Notes under the pieces: generated by a model
What the model saw: the letters and a program-made list of their open reading frames with translations, nothing else
What the model was told of the DNA's origin: nothing
The model's database searches: none
In this document: in pieces, positions 32,131 to 41,392 of the stretch
Layout: each line of letters begins with the position of its first letter
How positions within the stretch are numbered: the stretch's first letter is position 1
Position numbers and translations under genes: made by a program
Virus record (IMG/VR): IMGVR_UViG_3300010429_002123
DNA from: a virus
Taxonomy: Duplodnaviria > Caudoviricetes
Direction: 5' to 3' (one strand)
Length of the DNA: 64,000 nucleotides

Positions 32131-32800
32131 CTATTCTGAACACGATAGACCAAGAACCCTCACACAATTTGAAGAGGCTATGACCTCTGATGGAAAGCTG
32201 TTTACGAGAGGAAATGACCTCTATTGTGCGTGGGTTCGTTGGTGTATTAAAAATGAAGAGGTAATTACATCAGACCTGGCAAGAGCTTCTCTTCACGAGA
32301 ATACCTCTCGGTTTTCTCTTTATTATGACGAGTTCAGAAGGAGAAAGGAGCACATAAAAAAAGAGGATTTTAAATCCGTATACGCTTTTTATAAGGATTT
32401 AGTAACCGCTTGGAAAGAAAAACAAGAAGAAAAGTTTTCTTTAGTCTTCCATAATGGGGACTTTCCCGCAGGTGTTTTGAACTCTTTTTTGCTCCCAGAG
32501 GAACCCCAGCAGATAAAAACACTACTCTTACAGGCAAGGATTCTCCTTTTGTGGCATGAGCTTCAATTTCCTTTTTATTTACTGAACCCGCTGGAAAAAA
32601 CGTTTAATAAATATAAGTTTACTTCTTTGGGGTTGGACGAACCTGCAGACGATGTTCTCACCCCTTTCACCGAAGAGGTGACTCTAAAGGGCATTTTTTC
32701 GCTCTGTGATGAGTTAATAGAGTTAGAAGACCCAAAGTTCTTTCTTAAGCTTTTTCCTGCTTTAGACATCAAATCTTGCGTGTTTTGCGGGAGGTTTTAA
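32102..32800 (+). CDS. hypothetical protein, paralog of 6621-7265
   Basis: Shared motif blocks. Confidence 0.65.
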   Translation: MRVIKMSMYDYSEHDRPRTLTQFEEAMTSDGKLFTRGNDLYCAWVRWCIKNEEVITSDLARASLHENTSRFSLYYDEFRRRKEHIKKEDFKSVYAFYKDLVTAWKEKQEEKFSLVFHNGDFPAGVLNSFLLPEEPQQIKTLLLQARILLLWHELQFPFYLLNPLEKTFNKYKFTSLGLDEPADDVLTPFTEEVTLKGIFSLCDELIELEDPKFFLKLFPALDIKSCVFCGRF

Positions 32801-33237
32801 AATGTATCACATAATTTACACAACAAGCTCTCTGGCTATCTTCCCCCATGTGTTCAGTGAAATAGTTATTATTCTTCCGGTCTTTCCTGTTGGGTATGAA
32901 AGCTATATGGCTGACAAACGCTTACGCATAGGCATAGAAATACAAACGTCTATATGGAAAAATGACCTTGCTGTCATTGATGTTTATGAGAGATGTTCAT
33001 GGTGCCTCTCAGCGGAAAACAAGGAGCAGAGTAACCCTCCCACCACGTCTATGTATGCTATCTATGTGGACTTAAAGTCAGGGGTGTGTGGTATGAACTC
33101 TGAAAAAGAAAGCCATACAAATTTATTCGGGGTATGCTCTTTTTGCGAGACCAATCACGCTTTAGAGAACTCTTTAGGACGAAGTATCACGCTGGAGGAG
33201 GTGAAAATAAATAGTTAACTATTTTTTACAAAATGGC

Positions 33238-33266
33238 TTGACATAGTGAGGGAACTATGTTATACT
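33238..33266 (+). promoter_or_regulatory. promoter
   Basis: TTGACA-17-TATACT. Confidence 0.8.
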
Positions 33267-33302
33267 TTAGGGAGTGAAAGAATTTTATAAGGAGGAGATA
33301 AG

Positions 33303-33815
33303 ATGTTAAATCAAAACGGAAAGCAGGCTGTGGAGGAAATAATAAGGATTTTAAGAGAGACTGGTGAGGGACTGGAGACCCCTCACCAACAGATACTCAT
33401 TAAGCAGGCCGAAAGACTCGAAACTATGCTCCCGGCCATGATAAGACCTATGCCCCCGCAAAAAGAGTTGCTTGCGAAGCGTTTTCCTGAGGCAGAACAC
33501 AAGACGAGAAAAGGTGCTCGTGGGAAACAGCTCACCTATGTAGAAACTGTAAATTACATAGACAGGTTAAATGAAATATTCGGCCTGCACTGGAGCTGGG
33601 AACTGACTGAGCAGGGTGCTGACGAAGTAGGTGTGTGGAGTCGTGGAAGGCTCACTATCGAGATAGACGGGAAAACGGTAGTTAAAGAGGCATACGGCGG
33701 GAACGACAAAAATGGAGAAATCGGGGACGCCCTGAAAGGTGCTTCTTCTGACGCCCTCAAAAAAGCCTGTTCACTGCTTGGTATGGGTCTTTACATGTAT
33801 AGAGATAAAAAGTAA
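33303..33815 (+). CDS. Rad52/Sak-like ssDNA annealing protein
   Basis: LTYV...IDRLNEIFG..W...KGASSDALKKA...GMGLYMY. Confidence 0.9.
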   Translation: MLNQNGKQAVEEIIRILRETGEGLETPHQQILIKQAERLETMLPAMIRPMPPQKELLAKRFPEAEHKTRKGARGKQLTYVETVNYIDRLNEIFGLHWSWELTEQGADEVGVWSRGRLTIEIDGKTVVKEAYGGNDKNGEIGDALKGASSDALKKACSLLGMGLYMYRDKK

Positions 33816-34706
33816 AGAGAGAGAGGAGAAAACACTATGGATACCCTGCAGGAAAAGTCTTTGGAAATAATCTCAGGTTACACAGAAGAAGACATAAGAG
33901 ACCTGTGGGAGGAGAAATATCAGACTGCCTCTGGTAAAATAATTAAGTCCGGGGGCGGTCTGATGAGAAGGCTTCAAAAAGCTACTCCTCCCGGTGCGAA
34001 AAAAGAGTTACTGAAGGTTGAAGCTCACTGGGCAGGATACACGGGAAAAAGGGCAAGACAAAAGGTGCTTACGGGCACCTCTTCAGGAAAGTGCTTCAGA
34101 GTTTTTAGAAACGTTCACTCTTATATTTATTATTATCTTGTTATACAGGAGTAAAAAAATGCTTACTATTATATACATAGGAATAACTAGCCCTCTGACC
34201 CTCGGAATAGTGGGTTTGGGTATAGTTACATATTTAATCGAAAAGTTCGTTCCCGCCAGAGGACAAAAAGAATAAGTGTTAACAAAAACCCTGAAAAGGG
34301 TTTTTAATCATGAGATAAAAAGGAGAAAAGCCATGTTAAGAGACTTAGAAGACCCTGGAATACGAATACCCTTAGAAGACAGACGAAAGTATGTGAGACC
34401 TCCGGGACACGATAAGATGCTGTCATGGTTCGGCTACTCCGTGGAGGAGAAAAACGGAAAAACTGCATATAAAAAGGCAAAAGGAACCAGAGCTATAACT
34501 ATCACCCGAAAAAATACTGAGGAAAAACCTCTCTCTACAATCGGTCAGATAGACGTGAGGTTTTATGAAAAAGAAAAACTTCTCTTTAAAAGGGATTACT
34601 TATCCCTCCGGGTGTATCTCGCTCAGAGTAAATTTATAGAGAAGTTTTTAGAAGACGGCCAGACCGATAAAAGTTTGTATCATGAGCAGTATGGGGAGGT
34701 TGAAGA

Positions 34707-35411
34707 GTGGTGACAGCCTCTGGAGTCCCTATTATGTTAGAAGGAACTCCCCTTCGACCCGTAATGACAGAAAACCCTCGGCCTGTCGTGAGGGAACGTA
34801 ATCTCACTGACTTTGTTTCCCGTTACTTAAAATTTCCAGAAGGCTTAACTTCCTGGCAAAAAACTGTAGAGGAGCAGACCTGCAAGCACATGGTAAGAAC
34901 CTCCGGCAGAGGGGGAAGTTTTTGCTTTTGTCAGGGGTCTTCCTCGGAAGAAGGAAAGACTACTTATCTTCTTATGAAAGCTCTTTTTTTCTGCGTACGT
35001 TTCGGAGACTTTCACGCCCTCTTTGTAGCTGAAGAACGCGACAATAAAGTTTTCTCAGAGTTCTTTAGCCTGTTAAAATTCACTCCCCTTATGTCCTATC
35101 TTAAATGTCTGGAAGGTTATAGTAGGAAACTTTTTTTCACTAACGGCTCTTCTTTTACGGAGACGTGCACTATGGCTACACAAGGAAACTTCTGGTATAG
35201 GTTCTTTCAAAAGCAGATGTCCTTTGAGGCTGAAAAACTCGAGCAGGAATTTTTCACTAAGCCCAACGACGGTTCCCCCGATGGTAAAGTTTACAGTTTT
35301 ATTTGTGTTGACAGAAACCCTCAGATAGCTTTTTATATTAGAAACCCCTTTTTGTTGGGCTTGGAAGACCCGTGCGTCATAACAGAGATAGAGAGGAGGG
35401 AATTATTATGA
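34707..35411 (+). CDS. truncated terminase-ATPase-like protein
   Basis: WQ motif, GKTT, LFFTNGS; no nuclease domain. Confidence 0.4.
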   Translation: MVTASGVPIMLEGTPLRPVMTENPRPVVRERNLTDFVSRYLKFPEGLTSWQKTVEEQTCKHMVRTSGRGGSFCFCQGSSSEEGKTTYLLMKALFFCVRFGDFHALFVAEERDNKVFSEFFSLLKFTPLMSYLKCLEGYSRKLFFTNGSSFTETCTMATQGNFWYRFFQKQMSFEAEKLEQEFFTKPNDGSPDGKVYSFICVDRNPQIAFYIRNPFLLGLEDPCVITEIERRELL

Positions 35412-36151
35412 CCCCGGGTGACTGCCCAGACTTTACGACGAGAACAGACACTTATGAAGAAAGGAAGGCTATGTTCAGACGTGACCTAATTTACGTAGAC
35501 GGTATACCTAAAACGTATGTCACCTTTCTCGGTCACCAGAAAATAACTCTTGATTCCTTTCCGGCTTATGTGGGAAACTATCTGTCTGCTACTTTTGGTT
35601 ACGGCCTAAACTTTTTTCAGAGAGAGTTAGATGCCCGCATTGAAGAAGCAAAAACTTTTCCTATTGTAATTTACGACAGAGAGTTAGACGTGAGTTATCT
35701 GGGACGCCCCGAAAGCCCGTGGGGGAAGACTGAATACATTGTTGCAAAATCTTTATTTTATTGTCTCACCAGCGAAAACCTCCGGGCAAGAATACTCGTT
35801 AACAGTGTATATTCAGATAGTTTTGATATTATCGAGACGGCTTACACCTTCCTTCTAAACTCCCCTCTGTTTCATCGGGTATCAAAAGTTAAAAAAACAA
35901 AAGACGTGTATCACCCCAGAACAGAGCCCTTTATTGTCTTTACTTCGAACTCCTCTCTGCACGCTTGTGAGGTTTGCTCTCATTCGTCAAGGTTTCTTGG
36001 GGGGTTTTCCGAGGGGTTACCTGAGCCTTTCCAAGAAGCACAGATAGACTTTTTTGTGCTGGTATCTCCTGACAAGACAGGAATATATAAGAGTCCGAAT
36101 ATTCTGCTAAGCGAAGAGAAAGCCTGTATCATCACGGGGCGTGACGAGTAA
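35372..36151 (+). CDS. truncated terminase-ATPase-like paralog
   Basis: FQ motif, GKTE..AKSLFYC, IVFTSNSS; ends EEKACII. Confidence 0.4.
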   Translation: MRHNRDREEGIIMTPGDCPDFTTRTDTYEERKAMFRRDLIYVDGIPKTYVTFLGHQKITLDSFPAYVGNYLSATFGYGLNFFQRELDARIEEAKTFPIVIYDRELDVSYLGRPESPWGKTEYIVAKSLFYCLTSENLRARILVNSVYSDSFDIIETAYTFLLNSPLFHRVSKVKKTKDVYHPRTEPFIVFTSNSSLHACEVCSHSSRFLGGFSEGLPEPFQEAQIDFFVLVSPDKTGIYKSPNILLSEEKACIITGRDE

Positions 36152-36258
36152 ATTTCCCCAAAAGGTAAGCAAATTTTTAAAAAAAGGCTTGCCACAATCC
36201 GAAAAATGTAGTACAATAGTACACGAAAGAACAACACTCATAGAACGGAGGTAATTTT

Positions 36259-36774
36259 ATGCTGTGCATGAGGGAAAAGAGAAGAAGACTCCTTAAATTG
36301 AGGCAAGAAAAAGCCTCACAAAAAGCGGAAATTTCCGCAAAGTCCGAAGCCCTTGAGACAACCCAGGTAGAGGCACAGAACAGAGAACAGAAGGTAGTAA
36401 GGTGGAGAACTTACTACCGGGATAAAGAAAACTTAGTGGTAAGCAGAAATCAGAAGGGTCATTATTACGTAGTCACAAACACCCTCACAGTAAGGTGTTA
36501 TAAAGTGACAAAAAAAGAAGGCACAAATAAAGGTTCGTGCACCTGTGAAGACTACGTAAAAAACACAGAAAAAGGTAAAGACGTGGTGTGTAAACATATG
36601 CTGGCTGTAAAAAGAGGAGATGAGAAGAGAAAAGCTGAAGAAAACGGGTTACCTTTCCTGGACATTCCCCCGGTAGACTTACTGGGAGACGAGCTTTTTG
36701 AAAAACAGATATTAAAAGAAGGCTTCAAAAGAAGTCAAAGCCTTGTGGATGGGTGGAAAACTCTGAAAAAATAA
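36259..36774 (+). CDS. SWIM zinc-finger protein
   Basis: CTCEDY...CKH. Confidence 0.8.
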   Translation: MLCMREKRRRLLKLRQEKASQKAEISAKSEALETTQVEAQNREQKVVRWRTYYRDKENLVVSRNQKGHYYVVTNTLTVRCYKVTKKEGTNKGSCTCEDYVKNTEKGKDVVCKHMLAVKRGDEKRKAEENGLPFLDIPPVDLLGDELFEKQILKEGFKRSQSLVDGWKTLKK

Positions 36775-36998
36775 TGTTTGCTAATTTTTACAAAACGTAT
36801 TGACAAGTAGGGTCAGGTGTGCTACACTAAAAGAAAAAGGAGGAAAAACTATGTTAGAACCAGTAGATAGATACCTAAGCACTCTGGAGGAAAGTTCCCC
36901 AGAGAAAGAAGAAAAAAGCCCCTCAGAAATGACTGAGGAAGAGTTTGTAAAATTTTTACTTACGGTTCCATTCTAGTTTTTCCAGATAGGAGGATATT

Positions 36999-37223
36999 AT
37001 GACCAGAGTTAAAAGACCCGGAAAGAGAATCGCCACAGTGGGCGAAAGAAGAAAAGATGATTTTATAGGAGTAAAAATGACTGAGGAACATAAGAGAGAA
37101 CTCAAAAAGAGAGCAAACTTGTTAGGACTCAGTCAGTCCGAGTATGTCGTGTGGAAAACCCTCGGACTTATGCCGGAAGACTACAATCGGGAGGTGCCTG
37201 GAAATGACCCCCAAGAAAGTTAA
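36999..37223 (+). CDS. ribbon-helix-helix protein
   Basis: IGVKMTEEHKRELKKRANLLGLSQSEYV. Confidence 0.7.
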   Translation: MTRVKRPGKRIATVGERRKDDFIGVKMTEEHKRELKKRANLLGLSQSEYVVWKTLGLMPEDYNREVPGNDPQES

Positions 37224-37674
37224 AGAGAAGAATAAGAAAGGTACTGTAGTGAAGGGAACTAGATTGCCTGCTCACTACGTTGAAGATATATTCCAGAGGG
37301 CGAAGGAAGAAAACATGACAGTGTCAGATTTTATCCTGTCAAGATGTATGCCAGATATTTTTCTGGACAAAGCAAAAAAGACAAGGAGAAACTTCAAGAC
37401 ACTTGAAGAGAGGAGTGAAGACGACATGGGAAGAACTAAGACAAAAATGCTTGCCATACGAGTGATGGAAGAGCACGCGAAGGAGATAAAAAAACGTGCA
37501 GAAGAAGTAGGACTTACTCAGGCAGACTTTATCTTAACTAGATGTCTCGATTTGAAGATAAAAACGAGACAAGAGCAAAAGAGCTACGCAAATACAATAA
37601 GAGGTAAAGACTACGGCCAGAGTAGAATAAGAATTATAAAAGAGTATGTCCGAGCAGACGAAGATGTAGAGTAA
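37204..37674 (+). CDS. tandem ribbon-helix-helix protein
   Basis: Two copies of R.....I..RA.E...T..DFIL.RC. Confidence 0.7.
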   Translation: MTPKKVKEKNKKGTVVKGTRLPAHYVEDIFQRAKEENMTVSDFILSRCMPDIFLDKAKKTRRNFKTLEERSEDDMGRTKTKMLAIRVMEEHAKEIKKRAEEVGLTQADFILTRCLDLKIKTRQEQKSYANTIRGKDYGQSRIRIIKEYVRADEDVE

Positions 37675-38496
37675 AGACTGAAAAAAGTGAAAGAGCTAAG
37701 ATAAAAGGAAAAGAAGAGAGCCAGGAACACAGACCGGAAATCCTGAGCTTGAACGTTCCGGTCGTTTCATTCCGAAAAAGAGGTGATTTTATGCCAAAAT
37801 CTTTGCCTATGTTACAGGTAGGGACTGTCGTTCACGTAAAGAGAGAAATAGCCTTCCGAGGAGGAGATGTCATAGGTCCTGTGTATACGGAACATCAGAG
37901 TCCAAGAACGGGAGTGATAGCTGGGTATACAGTAAAAAGAGCAGGAAGATTTGTTCAAAAAAAGCCACCGAAAGATGCTAAATTCCTCCATGAGATTCTC
38001 ACAGATAGACAAGTTTTCAAAGTTAGAGATACTTACAAAGTCTATATCATAAAATATGCCCTGTGGGCTAAAGACGTCTATGCAGAAGAAGATGACCTCA
38101 TTGTCCTATATCGCCCGAAATACTTCGTCACTGAGGGTGACTTCCAAAGAGAAGTCTATTTTTTACTGCCCAGGCAGAATAAAACTCGAGGAAAAAGAGA
38201 AGACTTATAATGACAGAAGAGCAGAGATTACGCATAATAACTGAAGCCGGAGACGAAGCGGTGAACCTTCTGTATACAGTAACCCTTCCCGGAAAAGAGA
38301 CCTTTCTAAAAGCCCACTTACGAAACGGAGACTTAATAGTCATGATGTCAAAAAGAGAAAATCCCAGGCTTTTCGACGCAATAATGCTCTGGTGGGAAAA
38401 AAGAGATGCGAAGAAAACAAGACTTCAGTTTAGAGGTAAGGCCACTGTAAAGGAATTGTTAGAAAAATTCGGAGAATTAAGAAGGAGGATAGACTA

Positions 38497-39090
38497 ATGT
38501 TTGATTTAGTAAAAACTTGTGAGATGACGAGGGATAACATAGTAAAGCTTGAATGCGTAAAAAACCAGATAAAAACCATGTCTACTTCTGAGCTGGCACA
38601 TGGCTTTCAAGTCATAAACCCCGTGGAGAAAGGGATAGAACAGATATGTGACTTAGTAAAAGAAGAGTTAAAACAAAGAATGCAGGCTGACCACACAGGA
38701 GCAATAACCCAGGACGAAAAAGGTCATCTATACTTTACCCTGAAGCAGGGAAAGTTAAAAGCGGAAAAAAGGGAGAAAAAAGACTTTGACACCGGAATGG
38801 CCACAACTATTCTGGAAAAGAAAGGCTTATTAAAAGCCTGCCAGAGTGTAAGTTATGAAATACTTGACCCCGACACTTTCGCCCAGACTCTCTCAGAAGT
38901 GTTGGCGATTCTTCCCGAAGCTGAAAAAAAGACCTATGAAGCTAAATTAATGCAGACTCTTCGAGAAAAAAGGAAGTTATCCGAGGCTCTGATAGAAAGT
39001 GCGGTTGAAAAAGGTCAACTTTCTCTCGACGAAGTAGAAGAGATGCACTCTGTCAGGAAAACATACGCTTTAAAAATTGTGAAAGGATAG
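38497..39090 (+). CDS. hypothetical protein
   Basis: 197-aa ORF coupled to the upstream gene (TAATG). Confidence 0.6.
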   Translation: MFDLVKTCEMTRDNIVKLECVKNQIKTMSTSELAHGFQVINPVEKGIEQICDLVKEELKQRMQADHTGAITQDEKGHLYFTLKQGKLKAEKREKKDFDTGMATTILEKKGLLKACQSVSYEILDPDTFAQTLSEVLAILPEAEKKTYEAKLMQTLREKRKLSEALIESAVEKGQLSLDEVEEMHSVRKTYALKIVKG

Positions 39091-39754
39091 TTAAATATTC
39101 TCTTGACAACACGGTCGTTGTATGTTATACTGCAAATAATGTAAAAAAGTCTTTATTGGAGAGGTTTTATGCTGATTGAACTCGAAGAAGGCGTGAAAAG
39201 AGCACAAAGTATATATTTCAGGGACTGGTATGATACTCATAAAGATTCCTGGAACTCTGAAAGAAAAGAGAAAAGACAGAACCCCTCTTTCAAAGAACAG
39301 GAGAGAAAGAGAAGGATTCGAATGAAGTGGGGAAATTATATTCCGCCGGGAGACATCGACCCTACCCCACAGATAGAGACTTTTAAAAATCACACTGTTA
39401 CACTTTCTCTACCTGTCTCCAGAACAGAAGCCATTGATTTCCTTTGTGTTCCTATGAAGATTGTGACGAACAGCCTGGGTGTGTGCCACAGGACTTACCT
39501 ATACTGGGTCAGCAAAGGTCTGATAACAAATACAATGTTTAAGCAGGGAACTGAAAACTTTATGCCCCTTGAAATTGCAGAAGCCTTCCTCTTTAATCTG
39601 AAGTATAAAAGCTACCCCTACAAAGACATAAGAAACTGGGTGTTTCTAAGAAAAGTTAAACTTGCACAGGAAGATTTTTTAAAAAAATTAAAACCCTTTG
39701 GCCTATCCCAGAAGGTCTTCCAAAGGAAGACAGAGAAAAAGAAATAAGAAGAAC

Positions 39755-39804
39755 TTACGTCAACAACCCACGACTGAAGTCACGGGAATTACCCTGGTTA
39801 AAAT
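39755..39804. mobile_element. solo IS200/IS605-end-like hairpin
   Basis: GTCAACAACCCACGACTGAAGTCACGGG; 3' 28 nt nearly identical to 12587-12614. Confidence 0.55.
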
Positions 39805-40201
39805 AAGATTTAAAATAAGATTTTGAACAAGAAGGAGTGGTAAGAGTGGACGAAACCGTCACAAAAGATACACAGACAGCTACGATGCAGACACGGGAAG
39901 GGTATAAAAAGGTTACTAAAATGTACACCTCAAAAGGCAAAGTCATCAGAGAAGACAGCCCCTTACAGGAGACTATCTTTGTTCGAGACTTCTTAGGAAC
40001 CTCAGGAAAAGTTTCCATTAACCTGGGAATGACTCTCTCCCTCGGAGAAGGCACCTATGAATTCGTAAGGGTTGACGTTGGGGTTGAACTTCCCTGTTAC
40101 CCGGAAGAACTAAAAGAAGCAAAAACCACCGCATACGAATTCGCAAAAAGTGAGTTATTTGCGAATGCTCAGGAAGTGAGAGAAAAAATACCAAAGTAAA
40201 G

Positions 40202-40510
40202 ACATCGACGGAAAGTTAAAATACGTGACAAATCCAGTCACTGTCTCGGAGTTAACTTCTTTTTAGAAGTTTCTGAGACAAGGCTTAGAAAGTTTTCAGT
40301 GAGTCAGCCACTTAAAGAAAACGAGTAATTAAGCCAATCTAGCTGGTTTCCGAGGAAACATGGTTAGAGGGAAAGACGATAGGGGTGTTTTTGTCAACTT
40401 TTCCGAAGCTCAGTTTCTTAGGGAACATGTTTAGATGGAAAGTACGCCTCATACCTTTCACCTCGACTTCTCTTGAAAGTGTTTCTAAGGAAACATGGTT
40501 AGTTGAAAAG
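40202..40510 (+). CRISPR. cassette 7: scaffold plus mini-array
   Basis: Repeats 40346-40375, 40413-40442, 40481-40510; spacers 37 and 38 nt. Confidence 0.9.
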
Positions 40511-40548
40511 GGAAAGGGAAAGCGTTCAGATGGAAAGGTGGAAAAGTA

Positions 40549-41088
40549 ATGAAAAGAGAAGAGAACGGAAAAATAAAGAAAAAACACGTGCCTGCTAAAG
40601 TATTCCCTCCAGGAGAGTTCCTTAAGGAAGAACTGGAAGAGAGAAACTGGACAAAGGAAGAACTCTCTCAAAAAACAGGGATACCCCAGCAGGTAATAGA
40701 AGACATATTAAATCACAAAGGTGAAGTGACAGAGGAAATAGCTTCTCTTCTCGCTAGAGCTCTGGACGAACCGGAAGATTACTGGGTATGTTTGAGCAGA
40801 AACTACTTCGAGAGAAAAAAAGTCATTGCCCTCGAAGAGTCAAATCCTTGTAGATGCGGGGGAAGGGTCAGACATACAGGAAAGGTATATTATACCGCCC
40901 CGGCTTATTATGAAATGAAGTGTGATGAGTGCGGGAGAATAAAAGACATAAAAGAGGCTCCCAGTATTCCTGTAATAGAGTGTACAGAGGAAGAACTCTT
41001 CAAAAGACATCCTGAGGTGAGAGAACTTTATGAGAAGTTTCCTCATTTACGAAGAAGTGAGTCCGAAAAGACATCGACGGAAAGTTAA
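40549..41088 (+). CDS. HigA-like HTH plus Zn ribbon
   Basis: VFPPGEFLKEELEERNWT...YW; CRCG...CDECG. Confidence 0.75.
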   Translation: MKREENGKIKKKHVPAKVFPPGEFLKEELEERNWTKEELSQKTGIPQQVIEDILNHKGEVTEEIASLLARALDEPEDYWVCLSRNYFERKKVIALEESNPCRCGGRVRHTGKVYYTAPAYYEMKCDECGRIKDIKEAPSIPVIECTEEELFKRHPEVRELYEKFPHLRRSESEKTSTES

Positions 41089-41347
41089 AATAAACGACAA
41101 ATCCAGTCGTAGACTCGAAGTTAACTTCTTTTTAGAGGTTTTTGAGTCGAGGGCTTAGAAATCTTTCAGTTTATAGAAAGCAAGTAATCAAGCCCGGCTA
41201 ACGGGTTTCTGAAGAAACATAGTTAGTTGGAAAGTTAATTGGAATACCCATTTCAGACAGTTTCGAGAGCACGGTTTCTGAAGAAACATGATTAGTTGGA
41301 AAGAAAAAGAAGGTCAAGGTTCTGAAGAAACATGATTAGTTGGAAAA
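41071..41347 (+). CRISPR. cassette 8: scaffold plus mini-array
   Basis: Repeats 41205-41234, 41274-41303, 41318-41347; spacers 39 and 14 nt. Confidence 0.9.
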
Positions 41348-41392
41348 TAAAGAGTTAATAGAGAAATTACATAATAAAAAAGGAGAGAGTGT

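Noticed and set aside
41304-41317. Spacer AAAAAGAAGG matches the tandem repeat at 63060
   Set aside because: A 10-nt low-complexity purine match is expected by chance.
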